A stretch of 64,000 nt of DNA, taken from NCBI GenBank assembly GCA_965178125.1, contig OZ237761.1, forward strand, positions 682,001-746,000, read 5' to 3'. Every line of letters begins with the position of its first letter. Position 1 is the stretch's first letter. The notes beneath the pieces were generated by a model. That model was not told where the DNA came from, made no database searches, and saw only the letters and a program-made list of their open reading frames with translations. The stretch comes from Bilabrum cf. latius. Lineage: Eukaryota. The position numbers and the translations under genes were made by a program. Shown here piece after piece: positions 13,301 through 25,449 of this stretch.

Positions 13301-16300
13301 GGATCTAGTAGATCCAGGCGCATTGGCGTCCGCGTCTTCGGCAGGGAAGTGGGCAACTTTGAGTTGGCGCGGTTGCGCTCGAGGCAGCACAGCCTGCCAC
13401 TCAGACACAACTGCGATGATGCTGCGTCCGGCAGATGGCATTGGTCTCCGGTCAAAGAACTGCTCCAGCGACTTTGTCACGTGACGGAGGCGAGCTGCCA
13501 CAGCTTCGTCACCCCGCAACCGGTCCGATCCTGCTTGCTGCTTGGATCGCGCGGTGGATGCGGCGGCGTGGCTACCTCCCAGCACGGCCTGCGCGGATGT
13601 GTTGGTCGCAGCAGCAGGCGTGGCATCCAGGTGAATGGCAGGAGCCGGAGTGGCAGGTGTATATGGAGCGCCTGGCGTGACCAGTCCCCTGGGTTTCACT
13701 CCTCCTGCTGCCATGAATGCGCTGGCTTCTTCCTCTTGGCTCCTCCTGTCTCTCCTTGAAGCTTGCTTGCTGCCCGGTGGGGCGAGGAAGGCCAGGGAGG
13801 CGTCTCCCTTTGTGACCTCGCGAGGTATGGGCCGATGCTCCTGCACTATCTTCTGCCTCCACTGCAAGGGGTCCTTGAGCATCCGAATGGCACTGCTGGC
13901 GATGCGTACTCTGTAGGGGATCTATTCCGCTAGCAGCCGGGCCTCTCCGTGAGCATCTCCAAGCACGGACCAAGCATGGGCAGATACGTCCTGGCCTAGA
14001 AAACCGACGACAGAGGCAGACCCAGCTGAGATACCCACGCCTATTTCCACCCTGGCGTCCTAGCCGAAGTACCCATTCGCATCCAGGCTGGCGATTGCGG
14101 TCTGAAGACCAGCGCCCATCTCGATCGCAAGGGCAACCGTTTGGGCCGGCATCTCCAGCCGGACGCCTGCAATACTTGCCCGCTTGCCCGCGGTTGAATT
14201 CGTGCCAGACTGGTCCGATGACGGGGATGCTCCATCAGGCCTGCAGGCAGCAGCCTCCTTTGCAAGCGCATGCACTTGCTCGGCGAGTGGCTTGCTCATA
14301 TCACGTGTCACGTCGTGCAACTGAGCATGGCTTGAAACCTGTGTATCCCGCGGACCAGACGCGCAGGCTGCAATGCCATTGCCCTTGTCGTCCTACTCAG
14401 TCTAACCAGCAGGCTTTGGGGCGCTTGCGGTGGCCTGTGACTGCTGTTTGCCGCCTAAATTATTGACGTCTGCTCGCCATCGTGTGGACACTCCCCTGTG
14501 TCGCTGGTTTGGTACCCCAAGATCCGCGGGCCGCACCGTGTCGATCTCCCCGGCCGGCGTGACCATGCCTACAGCAGCCGTCCAGTTGCTCCCGACGCAG
14601 GAGACTTTCGTCACACCGCGTCTGGGCATCACAATACCATCCACTGCCGATATCGCTCTAGCAAGAGCGGTGGTTGCTACCCTGCTATCTTCCCACCTCT
14701 GCAGCAAATCCGGTGACAGAGTCGCAGCCGTGACGTGTTGGCCTAGCGGGGTCCATGCGGCGCTGTCGCTTGCCTAGGGCATGCCGTCTGCCGCCGAAAC
14801 ATTCTCCTTGCCCTTGCTGCCGCTGGTGGCTCCCGCCCTTTGCTTGCCACCATCTCCCACCCAATCTACGCTCTCAGGCTGATCTGGGGTCTCGGTGCCA
14901 ACGACAAGAGCGACATCGTTGCACGAGGCAGATCCGGAGCGTGAGGTTCCCGGAATGGGAATGCCGCGATCAAGAGGCTGCAGCCCAGCACGGGCTACCC
15001 TATGCCCTCGGCTGCTAGTCGTTGGAGGCACCGGCCCCGCCTGCAGATCGGAAGTGGCCTGGCCTGTGCGAGGCGCTGCCGAGCGAGGGCCGCTGGACTA
15101 CTAGCGGTTTGCCGTTTCTGCGCGGCCTGAGTCGTCGGACGAAGGCCTGTCTCCTCGCCTAGGCCTGCCACTGGCAGTGGCAGTTGGATCATCGCCATCC
15201 TCTGCCCGCACACCCTGCAACTCCTGCTCGTTTGCCCGGGACTCTACCAGCCTCTGAATGGCAGCCATGCTCCTAGGCAGCACGGCGATGTGTACCACCA
15301 CAATGGCTGCCTCTGTCTCGAAGGCTGGCACGCCGTTCGTGAGGCACTGCATGGCGAACGGGGGCATCAGCGATCGGAGCAGTTGCACCACAGCCGTGTA
15401 GCTGCGGCCAGAAGCCTGGCTGATCCTCAGGGCGGCTTGGAGCTGCTTGCGGGAGTTTCGAACTGACTGTGCCGCCGCATACGAAAGGATTGCTGGGATT
15501 ACGAAAGTAGGGAGGGCGAGTCCAACAACAGCATGCATGATGCCAGCCAGGTTCGCACCGCTGGGAGACAGCAGATCGGAGCCCATACCCGACTAACTTG
15601 CGAACAGAATCGTCCACCCGATGTAGGCAGCTATGCAGAGGATGTGAATACCAAAAACCTGCAGAGGGTTGCTCGCTGTCAGCCCAACTGCCACAGCCGG
15701 CCCAAAGACGGCTATTGTCTGTACTCCTGCACCAGGAAATCCTTTAACGATATCGATTGAGACGCTGAGCACCAGTGCAATTGCAACTAATATGCCTCCA
15801 GCGGCCTGCTGAGGCAGGCATTCCAGGTCCTTGTTGCTCAGCCTGGTTCGGCAGATTCCCCGCCATTTTGCACCCACGCTTGCGAAGGGGACACAAACAC
15901 CAAACCGATGGCATCGGTCTCTGTTGAAAGTGACAGCCTCTTTGGCCTAAATCTCTAAAGCTGCTGTCTGAGTGGCAAAGCTTGCCGCGACCGAGCTCAA
16001 GACAACCAGGCTGAGTACATCAATCCAAGCATTCTGTAACGACCACGATTCTACACCAGCAGTATTCGTAGCTACTGCATGATCCTTCGTGAAAATCACC
16101 GAAGTCACATGGTCGCTATTAACAACCAATGCAACTAGAATTACGAGAAGGCCAGCGACCGCCCGAGCTTGCGCAGGGCTGAGGGCAAAGCACCCGCAGC
16201 TCAGAGAATACTATGTCTCAACCCGCAGGCTTGTGCTCAAATCGCTGTTGGCATCTGCTTTGGGTTAGTAGCGAAATACAGACCGACAAACAATCGATGC

Positions 16301-16577
16301 AGTATCAAGATGCTAGCTTGAATTCCCAGGCGGTTCAGACGGAACGGTAATACTCACCGTACGCATACAAACTCTGCGAAAGCCTCTGTATCCAGGCAAC
16401 CCCCGCTGTAGGATCATGCGAGCAGCTGCACTACCTACACAGCCCGCTGAATGCAGCAATACGACCCCGCCCCGCAGACTCCGATTTACGCACAGCTTTC
16501 GCCAGCTCGGCTCGACGCCTAGAGACTTGAAGCAGAGATTCTGATAATAGGGCTGAGCTGGTGCCGCTATGCAGCAT
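4349..16577 (-). CDS. Giant (~4040 aa) protein: TM block, class III cyclase-like domain, TM block, cyclase-like domain, then an AGC-like Ser/Thr kinase with a large activation-segment insert; ~37 in-frame TAG
   Basis: 21 track ORFs between 16129 and 4349 share one frame. I read the gaps and found only TAG interruptions; the gene ends TGA at 4349. Intron 16357-16255 has GTGAGT, a TACTAAC branch point and CAG; putative ATG at 16577. Kinase motifs: GKGAFG, ALK, HRDIKPGN, DFG, GTPAYIAPE, DLWSLG. Cyclase-like motifs: LLRSLMP, GVTKVSCVGS, IGVGISAG..WSVLGD, ALHVGP..WDLHG. Confidence 0.85.
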
Positions 16578-16744
16578 CCTAGATCGATTCGCGATGAACG
16601 CAGGAAGTGTATCGGCGCCGTGGAGGATGTCTGGTAGTTTCGAGTTGGTCGCAAATCGCGGCTAAGCGTCATCTGCGGGCCAAGTGATGTGATGAGAGCT
16701 GACCGCCTGCTAAAGAGCTGCTTGCCAGGCTGGGTATACGAAAC

Positions 16745-19700
16745 TCAGCCCCAAATCGCCATGGCTCCCCGCTTAGCGAGGGTGGTAGTTCCACCGTTCT
16801 CGAGCCTAGGACTGCCACGGCTCTCACCCTCCCCACTTGCAGCAGCCAGCCCGTGCTAAGCACCGTGCCTTGGACTAGCACGCGTGCTACCAGGCTCTGA
16901 TAATCCCACGTAGAACCTGTCCTGCGCGCCGTGGCCGTCACTCGAGGGGCTCACAGCCCTCGGGGATTGCCGAGCGCCACCCACTACACCAGCGTCACCA
17001 GCGACTGCGGCCCTACCGGCGGCTGAATGCGCCTCATGCGATCGGGTACGGCCCTTCTGGCCACGTGATCTTCCCCCCCTCCCCCCCGAATGGACGACCC
17101 CCTATTCTAGTCTTTCTTCCTTCTCCTAGGATCCCTCCCCTTCCCCCTCCTCCGCGTGGTTACTGCCCCAGAATCGCACCCGCACCCTCCCACCGTCCTG
17201 TTCCCTTGGTCCAGCCCCCGCCACCCTCCCACCGTCCTGTTCCCTTGGTCCAGCCCCCGCTCCAACTCCAGAGACAGCGGTAGTTGCACCTGCATGCATC
17301 ACACTGCTGCTATGCCCAGCAACGTGGAAATCTGCCCATGCCCCTGCCCCTGCCTCACTCCCATGGTCAGCAGGGGTCTGCGCCAGCCGCTGCAGCTCGG
17401 CGGCCAGGGCGTGTCTCGACGCCCCCTGCTGCTGACCTCTGCTTCCATCCCTTGCATACCTAGTGGCCGGGGTTGGGCTGCGCCTCCGTAATGACGGCAC
17501 GCCGAGCCCATCAGAAAGGTTCTGTTCTTTCGAGGCCGAGGCAGACACGAGCCTCAGGGGGCCCTGACCCCCTCCACCGATGCCCAAAGCGTCTGCTGGG
17601 CTCCCAGCACTCCCGACAGCCTTGGTCCAAGCCCCGGCCCCAGCAGCGGCTGCAGCGCTCTGCCTCCGAAGGCCCACCCCACCCTCCCTCTGTTCTGCAG
17701 CGGCCCGCTTCTCCTCAGCACCACCGTTCGCCTCCCTCGCCCTCCGCTGTTCCCTGAGCCTCCGCATGACCTCGCAGTGCTTGCTCTCGCTGGATTCCCC
17801 TGGAGGAACAAACGAAGGGCCAGAGAGACCCGTCACCTTCCACTAATCCGCATAGGCGTCGAAGTCCAACTGGTGAGACCACTGGAGAAGGTCCTCTACG
17901 TCATCGTCATCCTCCACGTCACCGTCACCGAGCTTAGCCTCATCGTCAAAGTCGCTACTGCGCGGCCTCTCACCGTCGCGCTTCCCCACCGCCTCCCTCT
18001 CCAGCCTCTTGTGTGCCCTGGACTGCCCTCCTTCCAGGCCGATGCCGGTAGCTCCGATCAGGTCGGGGGGACGGCCCGACGCCACCATGCCGTGCACCCT
18101 GCCCTCGTCAGCCGCTGCTGCATAGGCGTCCTCCCCCTGGCCTGACTCGATGCCCCAAGCGTCAGTCGCCGCGTCGGTCGCCCCTGCCCCACTGCGCGCA
18201 TGCGTCCTCGTGCCAGTCCTCGTCCCGCGCCCCTGTGCCTCTGTCAAAGAAGGCCCCGCCGTGAATGCGGCGTGGTGCCCAGTACCCGCCGCACCGCTTC
18301 CGGTGGTGCCATCATAGGTGGCAAATCCCTGGGGGAATGCCCCCGACTCCCCCCTCGATGGGGGCAGCACACCGGTGGGCAGAGACAGCAGCCCAGTCTG
18401 CTGCGAGCCGTCGCCAGATTCCCCATGCCCGTACTCGTGCCCTCGATCGTGCAAACCCCCAGCATCTCCCAAGGTGGAGTCAGCCCCAATTCGTGTCTTT
18501 GCCATACTCAGCGCAGGGTCAGTCTCGCCCCCCTCTCCCCGTCCAACCGCGCCGCGTGTTCCCAATTCCTTATCGCCTCCTCGTTTACCTTGCCCTTGCC
18601 CTTGACCTCGACTACCCCTCTCCCCCGCGATAGATTCCATCTTCCTCTCCGCCTCCTCGTCCTTGGCCTCTGCAAGCCCCGCCCTGTACATGCGCAGCAA
18701 CCACTCTTTTTTCCTCTTCTTCTTCGCACGGGCCCTCTGGCCCCTACGTGCCAACCTGGACCAGTGCCACGGCCGCCGGCGCCTCGCCGTCTCAAGCGCC
18801 ACTGGGTCCAGCGCAGCCTCCTCCAGCGTCTGCACCGCTACCGGCCTCCACCCGCAGTTTTCCTCACGTTCGTACCACCCAAAACGCCTCGCGTGGTCCA
18901 GAGCAGCCGAGGTAGAGGTAGACACGGACCCAGGGGACGAAGAAGAAGACAGACGCACCCCCGTGCCCCTGCCCTTCCCTCTGTTCCCCACCACCATCAC
19001 GCCAGAGCCCCCGCCGTCCACGACAAACTGGGCCCTTGGATCTCCTTGACCCGCTGCCTGCTGCCCTCGTCGGTACCGGGCTCGCTTCCTACTGGTCGCG
19101 TGACCTTTGACGGACGAACTGGCACCAGTCCCGCGGGATTCCATGGCGCTCGACGGCGCGTGTTTCCTTTGCAAGCGCGCGGCGCCAGTGTTCCGCACCG
19201 AGGGTGTGAATGCCAGTCCCCCGAAACCAGGCGAGGCGGGAGGAGTCCGATGCGGGCCACTCAATCCCATCTCCATCGCCATTCCATGCCCGCTCCCCGC
19301 CTCCAGCCCGCCGCGGATAACAGCCCCAAAGGTGGATTTGCCCACCCGAATGGTCCCCAGAGCCCCCCCTTCCCCCTCTCCCTCGCCTGCAAGCGGCCTC
19401 CCGGACACCGGGCGAGGAGGACGCCGATGCCCTCGTGCACTTGTCACACCAGATTCCCTTGAGGTCCCCCTCCGTCGCGCGGGCCGCCCCAGCTCCCGGT
19501 TCCCCTCCTCCTCATCCTCATCCACCGCCACTGCTGCAGGACGCACCCTGCCGCTCGATGCCCCCGCCGGTCCCGCCCTACCACTCACCTAAGGACCTAC
19601 ACTCTCCGCTCCGCCCCGATCGTCACTGGCCTGCTGCAGCGCGCCCATCAGCGCCACCGTCTCGCTGCGGAAGGCCGGCGGGCCCCCTCTCCCCTCTCCC

Positions 19701-20716
19701 TCTTCCTCCTCCTCCTCCTCGTCCTCGTCCTCGATCTTGCCCAGGGCCAGGTTGCGCCTCTCCGCCGCCAGACCGGCGGCCGTCGGGGCTTTGCGCGGCG
19801 GCAGCGACCCCCCGTGCTGGTTCCGCAGGTGGGACCGCATGGCCGCGATCGCTCGCTGCTGCCGGCCGTGCTGGCCCGCTGCGTGGTACTGCCGGGGCGC
19901 AAAGGCCCCCACGTCGCACACAGGACCCTCGGTCACGACCAGGTAGTAGATGGACGGCGGGAACCTGGCCCCTCCCAGGCGCAGCATGACCCGGCACTGC
20001 GAGGCAGCGTCCAGCAGCTCGGCCTCCCTGGGGTTGATCGCGCGCAGGATCTGGCGAGGATCGCCCCGCCCCGAAAACTACCGAAGCAAGTTCTTAAAGT
20101 GCGAGAACACCGCGCCGTAGCTGCGTCTCCAGTACATGCGCTGGATCGCGAGAGCGGCCCAGTCCTCCTCGGACCATCGGGAGCGAGCATCCTGCTGCGC
20201 AGCCAGTGCAGGGTGAATCGGCCGAGCCGCCCTGCCAGCTGCTTTTCTTCGGTGCTGCAATCTCTCTCTCGCTTCTCGCCACGCGTCCTGGATTTCCAGG
20301 GCGGCAATCTAGTAGACAGGAATCCTCGGCCATACGTGATTCCTGGCGTACCACTTTGCGACCAGCGCTCCGCGCCACCAAGCCTGGACTATGGTTGCAC
20401 AAAACTCTCTGAATACTTCTGGCGTGAGTTGCTGCTGCAATTGACTCGCCGAAGAACCGCTCAGAGCCACACCATACGACGCCCCGGCTTCAAGGCGAGA
20501 CATGCACTTGGCCACGAGGGCCTCCCCTCCATGGACATTGTTTTGCTGCTCTGACTATCTTCCACCGTGTCTGCGCCTCACAGCCACGCCACGCCATATT
20601 TTCTGCATGAGCACAGCCGCTACCTGGGAAGTTAGAATAGGAAATTCCCATGGCTCGCGCAGGGCTCGAGTTCGTCTTGATCTTGGCCATCGCTGCACGT
20701 ACGGTAGAAGTTCCAT
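16745..20716 (-). CDS. C11orf65: C11orf65/MFI-like IQ-motif protein with long low-complexity insertions; ~8 in-frame TAG; 5' end uncertain (further exons possible to ~20872)
   Basis: IQ-like motifs (VQAWWRG, IQDAWR, IQRMYWR). The family core GDPRQILRAINPREAELLDAA..LRLGGARFPPSIYY, GWYEREENCGWRP, KEWLLRMY and EDLLQWSHQLDFDAY*W all lie in one frame joined across TAGs. First non-TAG stop is TGA at 16745. Confidence 0.75.
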
Positions 20717-21019
20717 TCGTGTATGACCTCTTGGTAGTACGTGAAGCCCGTGGTGCTCCCGGGCTCGCGAGAAATGACCTCACGGATCGGTCGAACCAAC
20801 GGACACTCGTCACTAGAGAACGCATGGTGCCAAAGACAGGTAAATACGAGTTAATCTTGATCTAGACGCCATGTTAGGAAATAATATGTAACAGTGGTCA
20901 GAAATGTCTCCTTAGTCATGACGTACGGGTTTCAGTTTTGGATTGATTGGCTCGTGAAGTTTCAGCCCGGTGGTTGCAGTTGTCGAATCACAACTAAGTC
21001 GAGATTTGATGCACAAAGC

Positions 21020-22888
21020 ATGGCGCCTTTCGTTGTTACGTGCAGGTCTAATGTACTTTTTGATCTGGCCCCGTCTGGAGGTGTCGAGGAGATTCGTGGT
21101 GCGCTGCGAGCTGGAGCTGACCCAAACAGCAGGAACGAAGTTAGAGACCCACCAGCATAGCTGGAACATGAATCCCACCAAAAGTTGCAAAGTGTCCAAA
21201 ATACCAACTTAGTCCTAATTCGCACGCGCAGGAGCGCCAGACTCCGCTCCATGTCGCGGTCGACCGCGAAAACAATACTTGCGTGGCTGCACTGATTGAG
21301 GCACGAGCAGATTTGGATGCTCAAGATGAGGTAAGCCAGATACCAGCCTTATGTTGTTTCAGTCCATGTAAGATCCACGGCCGGACCCCCGGGTCCGTGG
21401 CTACCGAACCGTTGGCTCGTCGATCGCCGACGGTCTTGGCCTCCATCGCCGTCACGGTTCGCAGGCAGGCGAAACCGCTCTGCACATCGCAGCTCGATGG
21501 GACAGCTACGATTGTTTGCTCTTATTGATAAGGGCTGGCGCAAATCTGAACACGAAGAACCTGGTGAGTCACAGGTACCTGGCAGGCAACGAATGGCATG
21601 GTGTTGCAGATGCTAGCGGGCTCCCATATTAGCGGATGGAGACCCGCACAAGTTCGCGGTTCGGACGTGAATAAACTGTCATGATTTTTTTTGGCTCTAC
21701 TCCTGCTACGGAACCAGGCTGGGATGGCACCGTTGCACTGGAACGTCGTCCGGGGAGCGACTCGATGCATGCGGGCACTGATTGAGGCAGGCGCTGCACT
21801 AGACGCGCGCGACCTTGTGAGTTCTTTATCCCACCAAACGGCTGAAATGCGCTGGTACTCGTTGCACTACATGTTGCTTGCCCTTGCCCTGTGCAATTCG
21901 GGCCCAGTGATTGCAGAAGGGACGAACCCCAGCGGTAAAGTGCTCAGAGTGCGGGCAGGCGGCCCATCTGCAGCTGCTCGTGGACGCGCGTTGTGACGTC
22001 AACTTGGCTGACGATGTGAGACCCGCGACGGTGACGGTATTGCATGCGACATCGTATGAGCTTTGCTTTCCTTTCCCACGTGCGGATGCTTTGGGCCTTG
22101 AGACCTTCAGCTGTCGCAGAGCGGGAGAACGCCGCTTCATGTGGCAGTCACGACTCGGCTGCACAAGGGGCCGTGCGTGCAGGTATTGTGCAATGCATCC
22201 ACGTGCAACTTGAATGCACAGGATACAGTGAGTGCCAGTGGGGAGGCCTTCCACCAGGCCATGGTTACGATCGGCATCGATCCTTGTTTGCCCCCTTCAG
22301 TGCCTAGTCACCGATTCGTTCCTGTTTCATCCTTTTATTGAGGCGCAGGATGGCTCCACGGCTCTGCACATGGCAGCAACCCTGCAAGCGGGTGAATCTA
22401 AAGATATCGCGGAGATTCTACTAGAGGCGCGCTGCAGCCGGCTGATAAAGAACAAGGTGAGCGTGCCATGTCGCACGGGGGTTGCTTTGCAGGTATCCCC
22501 ATCCGAGCCGGTCCAGTGTATCTCTTGATCCCAGACATACACGCAGGATGGCCAAACCGCATCCGAGATTGCCCTTCGAGCCGGTATGCCGGACGTTGCA
22601 GATTTTATCGATAACTTCGTGCCAAGCAGGACTGCCAGGATCCTGAATTTCAGGCGGGCGCACGAGGCACGCCGGGATGCTCTCATGGTGTTTCAGGCAG
22701 CTGCCGAGGGCAGGCCCATGGAGCTGGCCAGGAGGCTGAGGCTGGGTAGGCTGGCGGGCGGGCTAGAGATCAAGGGCGAGGTCGAGGAGGAGGGGGCGGG
22801 CGGGACCAGGGTGGTAGGTCCATTAGAGGCTGCCAGGCTCGGCGGACATGTTGAATGCGCCAAATTATTGGAGGAAGCCACCATCTAA
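21020..22888 (+). CDS. Ankyrin-repeat protein, 8 exons
   Basis: TPLH/TALH ankyrin repeats. GT-AG introns at 21140-21231, 21331-21464, 21564-21717, 21817-21916, 22016-22119, 22228-22348 and 22457-22546. Ends TAA. Start codon uncertain. Confidence 0.88.
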
Positions 22889-23074
22889 CCGGTGGTTCGA
22901 ATCCATGGCCGGAGGATTGGGTCGATCTGGTTGCAACCGCGTGTCGCTGGGCAATATTGCGCACTGTTTCCGGTGTCTTTTTTGAGCTGCATCATTGTGT
23001 GAATTGCGCTCATATATATCCACCTTCACTACTTGTAGCAAGACAGCAAGCAGCACCTGCGGCGAGTCACGGCC

Positions 23075-25312
23075 TCACCCGTCCAGCACGGACCACTGCG
23101 ACTTGCCCACGGAAGGCACACCGAGGGTCTTGAAGATCTGCTCGTAGTCCTTGCACGCCTCGGCGTCCTTGCGGAACTTCTTGGCAGGGGCCTTGCGGCG
23201 CCGTCCGCTCTCTTCGTCTTCTTCGTCGTCGACGATCTCTGCCGGGATCTCTCGGTGGAAGCCCATCATGCCCAGCGCGAAGCCCATCTTCCTTGCCTTC
23301 TGCTGCATCGTCTCGCGGAAGGACTGCCCACTCGTGTGGTAGAACTCAGCGGCGCCCAGGTGGTTCGAAGGAACTGCATGGATGCTCAGCAGCGTGCTTA
23401 CATTGCCCTCGGCCAGCTGCTCCTGCCCCGCCTGCTTCTCCTCCACCTGCCTCCTCCTCGCCTCCTCGAAGGCTGCCTCGGCTGCAGAGGCACCCGCAGA
23501 TTCAGGGGCCCTGTCCTTAGGCGTGGGGCCCGATCCCGAGGAAGAGGAGCCCGCCCCGCTGGCGGCAGGGGCTTTCTTGTCCGCGGCCTGGCCCGCCTCT
23601 TCGAGGGCCTCGTCGAGGTCGGGGATCTCCACGGCCGCCATCACCGCCCGCCCCGAGTCCTCGTCGCCCGCGGCGCCTACACTGCCCGAGGGAGCCAGGC
23701 TGGCGAACTAGGAGCTCGCAGATGAGGAGGAAGATGAGGAAGAGGAAGAAGATGCCGATGAGGATGAGGATGAGGACGAGGACGAGGCAGGGGCCGGGGC
23801 AGAAGCTTCGGCGGCTCCTCCCTTGGCAGCCCCGAAGCTCCCCATGGCCTCGTCCTGCACGCGGAAGATGCCTGCGCACATGGTGCCCGACTTGGAGCCC
23901 CGCGCGATCTCGAAGGAACACTTGTTCCCTGGGTCCTGTAGTGCCTCCATGAGGGACTTGAGACCCTCTCTCGCGGGATTATCGGCGCCCGCCTTGAGCC
24001 CGAACTGGTGGGTCGAGTCGACCTCGCTGCCTTCCGCCGTGAGCACCAGCGAGAGCTCGTTGGGCATGGCCTTGGACCCACGGCCAAAGGCCCCGCATGC
24101 AATCAGCTTGCCATCCTCCACCTGCAGGGTGGAAGGGGTAGCGAGAGTGGAGTGGAGTTGAGTGGAGTTGAGTGGAGGGGGGCGAGGCTGTGCGAGCATC
24201 GATTCAAGTTGTGCACATGGCCTAGTCAATGCTAGAGGAACTACTGGCAGGGGGTGCACGAGCGCAGTTTCGTCTGCATTCATGATTGCTAGCCATCCTT
24301 AATTATTTCCGTTGTCTCCCTCACGCTTGAGTCCACGAGGCCCTCCAGGAAATCGACCTGGGCCTGCTGCAGGGCGCGCGGGACCTTTTTCTGGAGGTCC
24401 ACAGCGTGCTTGCCGGTGATCGACAGCAGCTTGGCTTGGGCGGGGGCCAAGCCGAGGGTCCTGCAATGGGAGCAGACGGGAGAATATTTGTGCGGGAAAG
24501 GGCTGGGAACGAAGCCAACCAACGCTTGCTGCGCATCCAAATATCCCCCGAGCTTGCTCGTGGTGCAGCCTCTCGGGTGCTCACTTCAGCTCATCAACAC
24601 CGCGTGCGGCGATCTCTTCAAGCTACGCCGGAGTGCGGATGTGGTTCTGTACCAGGACTTCTGCGCTCTTGGTGCCCACGGAAGGGATGGAGCGCATCAG
24701 CTGCTGAGCGGCGAACTCGGGGTTGTCCCGCTTCTCTTGAGCAACCTCCTCGAGCTCATCGGAGCCAGATTCAACCATATCCACGATCTTCTTGATGGTT
24801 CCTTTACCTACGCCCTTGATGGGCTTGAGTTTCTTCTCGATCTGTTTCGGATCAAGCGTCGAAAGGTCGACAGGCATCTGCGAGAGAATCTCAGCCAGAA
24901 CGGGAGCTGTGTGGCGTTGTATTCGATTCCAGGCAGTCGCGCGAAAGCAAACAATTAAAACGCTATCACTTCTAGCAAGCACCATCGGCGGGCATGCGGT
25001 TTTAAGCCTCAATGGAGGAGGCGAACACTTGAAACCGTGGTGCGTGGTCGCACGAGAGCTCACCAGTGCGATTGCCTCAGCCGCGGCCTTCGTTCCCCGT
25101 GCGCGGAAGACATTGACTCTATCTTCAGATATCTTTGACCGGCATATCTCCGCGTACTCCAGGAGTTGCTTGCAGAGCCGTGCGTTGTGGTTGGTCCCGT
25201 CGCTGAGAGAAGCGGCGTCAACACGCTCCTCCTTCTTTGCTTTCTTCGCCGGTTTTCCAGCAGAATCATCTGCAGATCGCTTGCGCTTGCCACCCATCGA
25301 CTTCTTCGGCAT
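23075..25312 (-). CDS. Family X DNA polymerase (Pol beta-like) homolog, apparently catalytically inactive; 4 exons, 2 in-frame TAG
   Basis: N-terminal NLS (KRKR..KKAKK); 8-kDa domain with HhH IKGVGKGTIKKI; second HhH IPSVGTKSA; KKVPR; palm CGAFGRG; thumb FYHTSGQSFRETM..ARKMGF. Introns 25063-24878, 24584-24461 and 24324-24122. TAGs at 24623 and 23708. Ends TGA. Confidence 0.8.
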
Positions 25313-25449
25313 GATCGAGCTGTTTGGACTGAATTGTGAATCGGCGATCTTGCGCTGGAATTTTGTTGCGTGCAGTACGAACAAAATTAGGATTTTGAGC
25401 ACCTGCTCGAAGAATGACGGGATCGTATCTTATGGTGCGAAAACAACCC

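Noticed and set aside
22840-22915. GGTTCGAATCC T-loop/B-box-like motif with a nearby CTA-containing hairpin, as a candidate suppressor tRNA
   Set aside because: It overlaps the ankyrin CDS end. The putative anticodon stem and T stem use the same bases, and I could not fold an acceptor stem or D arm.
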